In this document: positions 12,872-23,587 of the stretch, one piece after another
Layout: every line of letters begins with the position of its first letter
How positions within the stretch are numbered: the stretch's first letter is position 1
NCBI GenBank assembly: GCA_028023455.1
Contig: JAQFVV010000001.1
Location: forward strand, 11,594,001-11,658,000
Source: Epiperipatus broadwayi
Taxonomy: Eukaryota > Animalia > Onychophora
Direction of reading: 5' to 3'
Length of the DNA: 64,000 bases
Notes under the pieces: generated by a model
Databases searched by the model: none
What the model was told of the DNA's origin: nothing
What the model saw: only the letters and a program-made list of their open reading frames with translations
Translations under genes and position numbers: made by a program

Positions 12872-15835
12872 TCATCATCATCATCATCATCAACCATTAT
12901 CAATCCACTGCAGGATGAAGGTCTCTCCAATTTTAATCCATCTTCTCCGATCTTTAGCTTCTCTTCTCCACAACACCCCTGCACATTTTCTTACTTCATC
13001 CATCCATCTCACATGTGGTCTCTTTCTGGGTCTTTTACAATCTCTTGGAATCCAGTTTAAAATTTCAATTGTCCATCTATTATCATCTCTTCTAGCAATA
13101 TGTCCAGCCCAACTCCATTTCAATCTTTTAATTTTTTCAATAAGGTCAGTAATACCTGTTTGTTGTCTTACCCATACATTGCGTTTTCGATCTCTTCTTG
13201 TTACTCCTAACATACATCTCTCCATACTCCTTTGAGTGGTCTGAAGTCTCTGTATTGCTCTTCTATTAAGTGTCCAAGTCTCAGATCCATAAGTAAGAAC
13301 TGGTAAAACACATTTGTTAAAAACCATCCTTTTCAAACACATAGGCATATTTCCTTTTAGTATCAAGTTATTTCTACCAAAAGCACTCCAACCAAGTTTA
13401 ATTCTATGATTAATTTCCTCCATTATGTTTCCATCTGTATTAATAATCTGACCAAGGTATTTGTAACTGTTAACTTCTTCTAATTCTTCATAATCAATCT
13501 TTATTTTCATATTTTGAGCAAATCGATTAAACATTACTTTAGTCTTTTTAACATTTATTTTTAGTCCTACTTTTCTACTTTCATCTGCTAACTCCTGCAA
13601 CATTTCCTGCAGCTCTGAAGCATTATTTGCAAAAACAACTACATCATCTGCAAAATCTAAATGACTTAAATACTCTCCATTTACTTTCACTCCTTTAGTT
13701 TCCCATTTTAATCCACAAAATACTTCTTGTAGCACTGCTGTAAAGAGTTTTGGAGATATGGAGTCACCTTGTCTTACACTTTTCTCAATGTTGATTTTTC
13801 CAGAATCATTATGTAATCTAATTGTTGCTGTTGCATTTTTATAAATATTCTTTAAAATATGACAATATCCTGGATCTATACCTTGATGATCCAATGCATT
13901 AATCACTGAAGAAATGTGTATAGAATCGAATGCCTTTTCATAATCTACAAATCCAAAACATAATGACAACTCATATTCGTTTGTCCTTTCTATGACTTCT
14001 CTCAATACCTGGATATGATCTATTGTACAAAAACCACTTTTAAATCCAGCTTGTTCTCTTGGTTGGTGGAAATCCAAAGTTCTCTGTAGACGAGTTGTAA
14101 TTATCTTGGTAAAAATTTTATATAAAACTGATAAAAGGCTAATAGGTCTGTAATTTCTAATATCTTCTTTATCACCTTTTTTAAATATTAATATTATTAC
14201 TGCATTCTTCCAATCTTCCGGTACATCTTTATCATTTAGACATTTGGTATATAACTTTGCTAAAATTGTTTCTATTTCTTCACCTGCTTCTTTTAATATA
14301 TCAATTACAATTCCATTATTTCCTGGAGCCTTTCCTTTCTTCATACACTTAATTGCATGTCTCACTTCTTCATTTAAAATTCTGGGCAATTCGGAAGATG
14401 TAATAGATATAGGAGGTACTTGTTCTTTATTACTATATAATTCTTGATAAAAATCTTCTACCAATTTCATGATGTCATCTCTCTTTTTAGTAATAATTCC
14501 ATCTTTTTTTCTTATTGCAGATATAAATTTCCTACCAATACCAAAATGTTGTTTAACATTTTTGAGACTTTTATTTTCTTCTACAGATTTCCTTGCTATT
14601 TCACAGTTATACTTTCTTATATCATTTTCAACTCTTTTCCGTACCATTTTACAAAATTCGAGATATTCAATTCTTTTTAATACATCATTTTTGTATATCT
14701 TCATATTCCTTCTTTTCTTCATAAATTCTCTAGTCTCAGTAGAAATTTTATTAGTCAATTGCTGCTTTTTTCTACCAGCTATGTTTGTTGCAGTTTTTAA
14801 AAGTGTATCAGTTATTTTCATATTAATTTCATTCAAATCTGAATCATGTTCAAAATCTCCTAACACTTGAAACCTATTTGTAAGTTCTAATTTAAATTCA
14901 TTAGAATGTTTCTGAAGATTAGGAATATCAACTGTAAATATTGTTTTTCTTAATAATTTTTTGTCTCTCTAGTTTTACATTAACACGTAACTTACACCTT
15001 ACTAATCGATGATCACTTCCTGTGTTAAATTTATTAAGAACATTACAATCTTGAAATATGTATTTTCTGTTAGTCAAAATATAATCCAATTCTGCTGTAC
15101 CTTCATTTGGATGCTTCCATGTCCATTTCCTTTTAACATTTTTCTCAAAAAATGAATTCATAATATAAAGTTTTTCTTTTTCTGCAAACTCCACAAGTCT
15201 ATGTCCTCTCTCATTTCTATTACCATAACCAAAATTACCTACAGCAATTTCATCTTTCATTTGTCTACCAATTCTAGCATTAAAGTCTCCCATAACAATT
15301 TTAAAATGTTGTTTACTCTGATCAAAAGCCTTTTGTACATCCATATAAAAATCTTCTATTACTTCATCACTATGAGAACTTGTTGGGGCATAAACCTGAA
15401 TTATCTGCATTTGGTATCTGCTATTAAGTTGTATAACTAATCTTGCCACTCTGTCTGATACACCATCAATCTCCACAATATTGTTCTTCCACTTTTTATT
15501 TATAATGAATCCTACTCCACTTGTACTTCCAATATGTGTGCCTTTATAATAGAGTATATGTCCACTTTTTAAATCAATTGTTTCTTCTCCTTTTCTTCTA
15601 ACTTCACAAAGTCCAATAATGTCCCATTTAATATAAGACAGTTCTTCTTCTAATTCTTGCAATCTTCCTTCACTTGAAAGTGATCTGCAGTTGTAAGTAC
15701 CTAAATAAAAAGTCGTCATCAAATGGCAGCCTGGGTCCGCAATCAGGGGATTCTTAGCACCCTCCGCCTTCGGCCACCAACCGCTGCCTTGGTTGGTGAC
15801 TTTACAGCCTCCTGGGAATAAGGGCCATGCTTTAT
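12872..15835 (-). mobile_element. Near-intact RTE-clade LINE (single APE-RT ORF with one frameshift) ending in a (TGA)n tail
   Basis: APE and RT motifs (see CDS entries). The stop codon is the first unit of a TGATGATGA... tail at 12872-12892. The N-terminal GSGWWPKAEGAKNP segment is typical of RTE 5' regions. No clear TSD. Confidence 0.95.
12890..14866 (-). CDS. RTE reverse transcriptase portion
   Basis: Motifs KAPG, NYRPISLL, EQAGF, FVDYEKAFDS, RQGDSISPKLF, FADD, YKYLG and the RTE-type C-terminus WSWAGHIARRDDNRW...W.PR. The frame stays open upstream to about 14955 (FKLELTNRFQVL). Confidence 0.9.
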   Translation of the reverse strand: MLGDFEHDSDLNEINMKITDTLLKTATNIAGRKKQQLTNKISTETREFMKKRRNMKIYKNDVLKRIEYLEFCKMVRKRVENDIRKYNCEIARKSVEENKSLKNVKQHFGIGRKFISAIRKKDGIITKKRDDIMKLVEDFYQELYSNKEQVPPISITSSELPRILNEEVRHAIKCMKKGKAPGNNGIVIDILKEAGEEIETILAKLYTKCLNDKDVPEDWKNAVIILIFKKGDKEDIRNYRPISLLSVLYKIFTKIITTRLQRTLDFHQPREQAGFKSGFCTIDHIQVLREVIERTNEYELSLCFGFVDYEKAFDSIHISSVINALDHQGIDPGYCHILKNIYKNATATIRLHNDSGKINIEKSVRQGDSISPKLFTAVLQEVFCGLKWETKGVKVNGEYLSHLDFADDVVVFANNASELQEMLQELADESRKVGLKINVKKTKVMFNRFAQNMKIKIDYEELEEVNSYKYLGQIINTDGNIMEEINHRIKLGWSAFGRNNLILKGNMPMCLKRMVFNKCVLPVLTYGSETWTLNRRAIQRLQTTQRSMERCMLGVTRRDRKRNVWVRQQTGITDLIEKIKRLKWSWAGHIARRDDNRWTIEILNWIPRDCKRPRKRPHVRWMDEVRKCAGVLWRREAKDRRRWIKIGETFILQWIDNG

Positions 15836-15848
15836 TTTTGTCTATCAT
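14928..15848 (-). CDS. RTE apurinic-like (APE) endonuclease portion
   Basis: Motifs GTYNCRSL, WDIIGLCEVR, IIQVYAPTS, MGDFNARIG, LDYIL, SDHRLV. It joins the RT frame if one A is removed from the A6 run (T6 at 14957-14962). The first few codons may derive from the flanking old copy. Confidence 0.9.
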   Translation of the reverse strand: MIDKNKAWPLFPGGCKVTNQGSGWWPKAEGAKNPLIADPGCHLMTTFYLGTYNCRSLSSEGRLQELEEELSYIKWDIIGLCEVRRKGEETIDLKSGHILYYKGTHIGSTSGVGFIINKKWKNNIVEIDGVSDRVARLVIQLNSRYQMQIIQVYAPTSSHSDEVIEDFYMDVQKAFDQSKQHFKIVMGDFNARIGRQMKDEIAVGNFGYGNRNERGHRLVEFAEKEKLYIMNSFFEKNVKRKWTWKHPNEGTAELDYILTNRKYIFQDCNVLNKFNTGSDHRLVRCKLRVNVKLERQKIIKKNNIYS

Positions 15849-16840
15849 AATTGTACAAATAACAGTTTTTAGTATGCTTAAGGTATCTTCCTATTGAATT
15901 TATTCAAGTCTAAGCTTGCATCAAACTCTTAATACTTTAAAACAATTTGCAATTTCTAATTTAAATTCACAGAAATATTTTGAAAGTTAGAAATATGAAT
16001 TTTCATAGTATCTTTATTAATAACTTTGTTTTTCTAAATTTGCACTAACATACATATTATATCTCATTAATTGATAATCACTTCCTGCATTGAATGTATT
16101 AAGGACATTTAAAAAATATTTCTCGTTTTCTTTAACTATATTTGCTACATTGGGTTTTTTTAATTCTAATATAAAAAGTGCTAATATTGAAATTTTTTTT
16201 ATGTACTTAATAAAGAAATTACATTCTATTAAGTATATGGAAATGTTTAATATCATATTCTTTATATTATTATTAAGGATATTAGAGTTAGATAAGTACA
16301 AAATATAATTCAAATTCAGCTATATCTTCTTTGGATGTTTTCACATCTAATTCTGTTTTGGATTTTTCTCAAAAAAAGAGTTAAAAAATATACATTGTTG
16401 ATTTAATCAAAAAAGCATTTTGCCATCTATTTAAAAATCTTCTTCATCATCAGAATGAGAATTTGTTGAGATATAAATATGATTTATTTATATTTGATTT
16501 TAAAGTTGAATAATTAATCTTCCATTCTTTTTAATGTGCCATCAATTTCCATAATTAAGCATATCCAATTTTTATTTATAATGAATCCTATTTCACTTAT
16601 ACTTTTGATGTTTATGCCTTTATAGTAAAATATATGTCCATTTTTTAAAATTAATAATCTCCATCTTTTTTTAACTTCACAGGGTTGTATAATATTCTAT
16701 TTAATATTAGAGCATTATTAAGAAGTCATCCAAATTATGGATAACTTAAGAAAGATCATTAAATGACAATTTAGGCTCATAATGTGGTAGTTTTTAGCAT
16801 CCTCTAGATTTAGTAATTAATTATTACCTTGGCAGCAATA
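15836..16840 (-). mobile_element. Old decayed RTE LINE, 5' portion (linker and APE), continuation of 11200-12871
   Basis: Resumes almost where the left half stops. ORF 16017-16313 contains NVLNTFNAGSDYQLMRY, matching NVLNKFNTGSDHRLVRC of the young copy. 16630-16710 matches 15555-15640. Confidence 0.8.
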
Positions 16841-19800
16841 TTTTTCATCTGTTATGATTATAAATGTAAAAGAAAATATCCTCTTACACATTTAGTTTAC
16901 TTTAAAATAAATTCATTTTATTCACTTAAGAATTATAGTACCTAAAAGAAACCAATATGGTTATTTTAGTATTAAATTCACAGCTAAAAGCCAATAAATC
17001 CCTACATCAATTGTTATGTATGCTGAGCAATTCATCAATAAGAACTACAATAATAAGAATAGTATGGAATGGATAGTTAAGAATTTTCCCAGAGACAACA
17101 TCTTTAAGGCCTGAAAAAGGAAATAATGGATTACCATTCATGTAATAGCAGTTAATTCATATACATAGTATGTTTATTAGTCATAATATATGAATAAATT
17201 TATCATTCAAGTTTTTGATGCAGTTCTAAATGCATTTATGTTTATTCTATCCGAAGATAGATATAATAATTTGGCACTAAAACACTATAAACAACTGATA
17301 ATATTTGACTGCTATCAGAGGAAGTTTATTTTTGTTTTTTCTCTTTACACAATTTATTTTGGCACTTCAATTTTGGAGCTATATTACAAAATTTACTGAG
17401 TCCTAAATGTAAGATTTGATATGCAATAGAAAATCTTCACTCTCAAAAGTTCAAGTTACAATTAATTGATTTTAATACATAATGCCAATATATATGGAAT
17501 CACTATATACTTGAGAATGTTATTTCCACATTTCCACAAACACACTATTAATTTTAATATCAAACTTATTTGCCAAAATTTTTATTTTTATTATCAATTA
17601 GCTTATTAAAATAAAACATTGCATGAATTTTCTCTGCTTATTTTCGATGTATTTTTATTAGGAACAGGAATTCACTCTATTTTATGTCAGAGCCAGATAT
17701 TGTTAAGCTTGAGTAATCAATAGATGCTATCAAGTTTTTAATTATTGCTTTTCTTCATTGAGGATCTTTGAATTGCACCCACACATATAGTTATTACTTT
17801 TCTATTATCCAAACTAATGTTAATCTGATATTCCAAAACATCCTGAGATTTTGAACCCTAATTAAATAGCTCTTATCTTTACATAGCTCTGATGTTAACT
17901 ATACCCCAATTTTATGCCAGGAATTTGTTACTATTGCCATTTTTTTGAATGATGCAATAAAATTTAAGCAATCTGTGTTGCAATTGGAGTGCTGCTATTA
18001 ATAGCCATGTTTTAAGTTATTTGTTTTTAATTCTGATGAATTCATTATTTAGTTCTGATTAAAATAAATCAGTCCTATTAATCATTTGGAGTTAATTATT
18101 AAAATCAGCACAATGTCATTAACATTACAAATTTTAGCCTACGAAAATGGAGTCTAGTTTATCATGGCTTAACATGCTAATCAAGATAACCTCATTCTAA
18201 ACAAAAGTTAAACATATGTAAGAGATGAAGGATTTATAGCTGTAATCTTATCCATCTCAGAGAGATATTATTTTTACAGTATTTTTTGCAAGGCTTTTCT
18301 TTTTACTTTTTACACATCATTGCAGCATTTTACTAACAAGTTTTTTTGTAACTAAATTTAAAAAAAGGTAATCTTTTATAAGTTAATAAAAGTGTTGATT
18401 AAGAAGGTATCTAATAAGTTTTTTGATAGACTAATATAAAAAGTCTTAACTTCAAAAAATGAATATTTGTAAATTAAACTATTATGCTAACGAAAAATAT
18501 GGAATAAAAAAACTGTCATTAAAAATCGATTCATTTAATTTAAGAAAACAGCTCTAAAATTGAAGAGCTAAAATAAAATGTGGTTAGAGTGGTAAACAAT
18601 AGTTTATTACTGATGATGATGATCAAGTAGTTGCATAGTGTTAACATATAAGCAACTATATAATAAGGAAATAAATGCAATTTAAATATTATTTTAAAAA
18701 AATGTTAATTTATTTTTCAATTAAAAATGAATATTTAAAAATGTATATTGTTAATACATATCCAGAAAATTTATTTTTAATAATCAGTCTTGATTGATGA
18801 ATAGGATTTTAAGAGATATACAGCAGTCTCAGTCATCATTACATGAATTGATTAATGTTCCCCTGTTTTGAAATTCATATTTTAATAATGAAAAAATAAT
18901 TATAATTTCAATTTTTTTTAATGCCAACTTTATTGTATGTAATAAATTTTTAAAAATTGTAAAATTATTTTTAATCTTATTCTTTATATGCCTTTTCTGA
19001 CTGGAAGGTTGGTGTTCTGTCTCTTAATCCATGTTATTAAATTCTCATATCTTAATTCAATACTAACTTTGTCTTCAAGTATTAAATTAAAAAAATGTGT
19101 GTGCTTTCAACACATTAAAAAATACTTACAATCTGCCAATTATGTTTAATGAACAAATTGTTTCAGTAGGAAGAATTCAATTTATTAACTTTATTCCAAA
19201 ATCATCTATTATAAGCATAAAATGAACATCTGGATAATATTGTTATATCCAAATCCTGAGACTAATTTCTGACTATTGATCTCTTCCAGTGGCAACATTG
19301 AATTTGTATCTATGTGTCTCAAACTACCACATTTGAATCCAAATCGCTTTGTTTATACAGTCCCATAGGTCTAACATTAAATCAGAAACTGTACATTTAA
19401 TAATCTATTTTATGGCATCAAATATGGTTTATACCAAATGATTTTCTCCACTAACCCAAGAATCTGAACCCCAGGTTATATGTTGCCTCTTGTTTACTCA
19501 TAGTATTTTTATTTTTTAAAATAGTAATTTATTCTACATATCTAGAGAAGATAAGTAGAATGAATTATTGCCCCTAATGTAAGATAAAAATAAGAGAGAA
19601 TGTTATATCCTATTTTATTTAATATATGTTGCCTTTTTGTTTATAAAGACTAGCTGTAGGCCAATTAAATAATCATTATGTGTTTGGTTACACACATAAC
19701 TTAAGGAGATGATTTCTGATTTTCTTTTGTAAAGATTATCTAAGAAAATATGTTTTCTAAAGTGCCAAATGCTACTGAGTTTTTCAAGAATTTCATCTTT

Positions 19801-20615
19801 GCTTAACATCTCATTAGATGTATCCATTTTACTTATTCATAGCATATTCTCTTAATCTTATTTAAAAGTCCAATTTCTTCACTTTTTGTTATTAGCTTTT
19901 TTTATAAAACATTGAAAGTCTTTTAAAAAAGATGGACAATATTAATATATCATTTGCAATTTTTAAATTATTTATATCCATTTAATTCTTTTTGTTCATC
20001 TAATGCTTTTCCTATTATTACTTTTTCAGAACAGACAATACAGATGACAGGACTAAGTATAAAAATCCAACAGCCAGTTATTAAATGTTCATTCATTCAC
20101 TTTCTTCTGTTTTAATTTTGAATCTTGTTTTTAGTATTGTAATATCTCTTGAGTCTGTTTTTATACTATGTAGATTTTCGACTAGCTGATTGTATTTCAA
20201 TTAGTCAAATTCTTTTTTTTTATAATCTGAAAACTAACAACCAATCAAATCATCATTTATATTTTATTTCCAGGAACTATACTTCCAGAAACATAAAAAA
20301 AATATTATTTTTATTTTCGAAATACTTGTTTTAAATTCCTATTGTATATTTTCTACCGATTTTATTAAAAAATGTGTGATTTTAAATATTTTACTAACAA
20401 CATTGAAACGTTGAATATTCATTCCTATGAGCTGAATGTTTTCTTTTTTTTTTTATATCAGCATAGAAATTAAACCATTCCACTCTTCATTGACTTTTTA
20501 TTAAGTCATTCATTTCCAATTCTTCTACATTCTTGTAAAGTTCAATTGTGATTCTATCAATTTCTGTTGCATTTTTTTTATGGATTTGTTTAAAGCCTTA
20601 TCTCTTTTTTAATGC

Positions 20616-20759
20616 AGTTTTTCTACTTTCTTTTTGTGATATTTCTAATGATCATTATATAAATCACTGATATAGTCTTTCCATATTAGTTTTTCTACTT
20701 TCTTTTTGTGATATTTCTAATGATCATTATATAAATCACTGATATAGTCTTTCCATATT
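20616..20759. repeat. Perfect 72-bp tandem duplication (2 copies)
   Basis: 20616-20687 is identical to 20688-20759 (AGTTTTTCTACTTTC...TTTCCATATT). Confidence 0.95.
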
Positions 20760-21643
20760 TTTTTTCATTTCCCTTTACATAATATTTATTTGCTGTATAA
20801 ATTATGTATAGAATATGAACAGTATTTGGAATTTATTGCATACTATATATTTTAGAGCACAGAGTTATAGAAATTTTCAGCTATGAAAGATAAATAATGA
20901 TACACAATAGTACAACTTTGCAATTCACAGAACATATAATGTTGAATGGGAAATAATTACTATATTAAAACAGAAGTTAAAAATAATTAAGAAAAAGATA
21001 TCTGCCATCATAATGTTTCTAAGTCAAACATAGATTTCAAAAAGTTGATAAATAAAGGATGTTTATTATATATATATGGGTGAAGAATTAATCATCATGG
21101 CTAAGAATCTGAGTACAGCATCTAAGTTGAAGCTGCTTTAGCAGTGAAAATGAAAATAGTCATAAAAGAGACAAATATAAATGGGGCTTCAAAATGCAAT
21201 ATAAGACTATAAAAATATTCATGTTGTAGCACATTCAGGATCTTATTTATATATAATCCCAAATGTCAATGTGATATAGTTACAAAAGTGTAATCCAAAT
21301 TGAGTAGACTTCTGATGCCTTACCCATTTATAGAGAAATGATGAGTTTTCTAATAGGTTGACTTCTACAACTGTAAAATTAGGAATGGGATATTGCACAT
21401 TGAATGTTATATTTTAATAAGGTTAAAATCCAAATGTAGTTAAATGCATAAAACAGAAAATTAACTAGCCCAATATTACTTACTTGATGTCTTTAGTATC
21501 CTAAAAGAAAGTAGATTGGTGGTGAAGATCCAAAGGTATGATGAGGTGTAAACAGTGAGGACTGCCAATTCCTCTACAAGCTTTATGATAAATGCTTAGC
21601 CAGAGCCAGCACTTAACATATCTATCAGGAACCCCTCCCCAAA

Positions 21644-21684
21644 CCCCTGACCATGGTTTTGTGCTTTGGCACTCCTCAGAGAGG
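21644..21684 (-). ncRNA. Minimal type I hammerhead ribozyme, copy 1 (G12A, predicted impaired)
   Basis: CCUCU CUGAGGA GUGC caaa GCAC AAAA C CAUG G UC^AGGGG. The GAAA core box reads AAAA. Confidence 0.8.
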
Positions 21685-22077
21685 TGTCAGGGTAGGTTCA
21701 GACACTAGATCTAAAAATACCAACCCAAAGCTAAGCACTTAGCTAAAAGTTATCTATTGAGTGGAAAATCTGAAATTTTCAGACATCTACATGTTTTCAA
21801 ACCCAGCTATCCAACTCAAATAGCTATATGGGGCTGATAGATCTTCAGCCATACCATATATTAGTAGTCATAGCAATATAAAATTGCATAAGACTTTTGG
21901 CAGAGACTATAAATAGTCAAAATAAGAGTCATAGATCAATTCATAGATCACATGACCCTATCTCTTAAGCTTGTAAGTTATAAACAGTGAGGATTGCCAA
22001 TTCCTCTACAAGATTTATGATAAATGCTTAGCCAGAGCCAGCACTTAAAATATCTCTGTTAGAAACCCCTCCCCAAA

Positions 22078-22118
22078 CCCCTGACCATGGTTTCATGCTT
22101 TGGCACTCCTCAGAGAGG
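22078..22118 (-). ncRNA. Minimal type I hammerhead ribozyme, copy 2 (core intact)
   Basis: CCUCU CUGAGGA GUGC caaa GCAU GAAA C CAUG G UC^AGGGG. Helix I is CCUCU/AGGGG, helix II is GUGC/GCAU, helix III is the palindrome ACCAUGGU, and the cleavage triplet is GUC (predicted cut 22083/22082). Confidence 0.9.
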
Positions 22119-22507
22119 TGTCAGGGTAGGTTCAGACACTAGATCTAAAAATACCAACCCAAAGCTAAGCACTTAGCTAAAAGTTATCTATTGAGTGGAA
22201 AATCTGAAATTTTCAGACATCTACATGTCTTCAAACCCAGCTATCCAACTCAAATAGCTATATGGGCCTGATAGATCTTCAGCCATACCATATATTAGTA
22301 GTCATAGCAATATAAAATTGCATAAGACTTTTGGCAGAGACTATAAATAGTCAAAATAAGATAGATCAATTCATAGATCACATGACCCTATCTCTTAAGC
22401 TTGTAAGTTATAAACAGTGGGGATTGCCAATTCCTCTACAAGCTTTATGATAAATGCTTAGCCAGAGCCAGCACTTAAAATATCTCTGTCAGGAACCCCT
22501 CCCCAAA

Positions 22508-22548
22508 CCCCTGACCATGGTTTCATGCTTTGGCACTCCTCAGAGAGG
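22508..22548 (-). ncRNA. Minimal type I hammerhead ribozyme, copy 3 (core intact)
   Basis: Identical to copy 2. Predicted cut 22513/22512. Confidence 0.9.
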
Positions 22549-22922
22549 TGTCAGGGTAGGTTCAGACACTAGATCTAAAAATACCAATCCAAAGCTAAGC
22601 ACTTAGCTAAAAGTTATCTATTGAGTGGAAAATTTGAAATTTACTAAACTTGTTTAAGCAGTTTATTAGATATCTTATTTAGATGACCTGAATCTATGAG
22701 AAATATTTTTTATTTAAGCTAATTATTAACTCATTTTTGAGCATATCATATTGTTATGTGGCATCATCAGGTATGTCACATTCTATGAGTTTTGGCAAAT
22801 TCCAGCAAAATTCACATGCACTTATCAGTGCGCAAAACTAATGTCACTGGAGCTACTCGCTGTGGCAGTGTTAATAGTTATTTGACAGCGATATGTTTAA
22901 CAATTCTGGTTTCTCTTCAAAA

Positions 22923-23507
22923 TAAGGTGACCACATGGCCAATTTTTCAGGATTTGTCCCTATTTTTGATTAGATGTCCCGGTGTCCCTGAAATGTTTTT
23001 TCACGACTGTTGTATGTCCCAATTTTTAAATACTCATAATTATTATTTGTCTTACATTATTAATTCATTGCAAAAATAGTTTTTTGGCCCTCTCTGTCCA
23101 TTTTGGTCTCTACAGTAATATTATAAAAACTTCAGACAAATTCCAACACCAAAACAAAAACAACTATTATATTATATGGTAGGATTCTCAAGCTAGATGC
23201 ATTCTTATGTCCAACCTTGGATTGGAGCATGCACAATTAGATTTTTGTAGGCTAAAATTTGAATTGCACTTGGACCTGCTTTGATTGACAGTGTAGTTTT
23301 ATTAGTTCTTTGTTGATATTAATTTTCTATAAGAGGAATATTAATAACCCTAAACAATAGACAACATGCCAAAGAGGAAGTGTACTTACAATGATGAATA
23401 TACACAGGAATGAAGTTTTATTAAAAAAAATAAAAAAAGATGAAATGCTGTAAAAAATGATTGGTCGTTATGTTCCGATTTTTGATCAAATAAATCTGGT
23501 CACCCTA
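22923..23507. mobile_element. hAT (Blackjack-like) MITE
   Basis: TIRs TAAGGTGACCA and TGGTCACCCTA (consensus TAGGGTGACCA). Four subterminal TGTCCC motifs at 22955-23020. Decayed 8-bp TSD candidate CTTCAAAA/TTTCAGAG. Confidence 0.65.
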
Positions 23508-23587
23508 TTTCAGAGTGAATACACTTTTTGTTTTCATTTAGGATGAGTAATAATACATTATTTTTTATTGCAATAACATTTATAAAT

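Larger units (their letters stand above)
21549..22642 (-). mobile_element. Tandem array (~2.5 units, 434 and 430 bp) of a hammerhead-bearing ORF-less element (non-LTR retrozyme or non-autonomous Penelope-like)
   Basis: Units start at 21549, 21981 and 22411 and are nearly identical. There is one hammerhead per unit at the same position. No ORF. Confidence 0.85.

Noticed and set aside
12915-15440. Several plus-strand ORFs overlapping the RTE
   Set aside because: Antisense shadows of the RTE ORF.
15720-15835. HDV-like ribozyme in the RTE 5' end (known in some RTE elements)
   Set aside because: No nested double pseudoknot could be built by eye; the copy may be slightly 5'-truncated. A descriptor search would settle it.
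19125-19400. Minus-strand exon candidate ending at a GTAAGT donor (about 19129)
   Set aside because: All three frames are closed after the candidate acceptor. It could be a UTR exon but cannot be supported.
21549-22642. CRISPR-like or ordinary satellite interpretation
   Set aside because: Units are about 430 bp with no unique spacers, the context is eukaryotic, and dispersed homologues with ribozymes point to a retroposed element.
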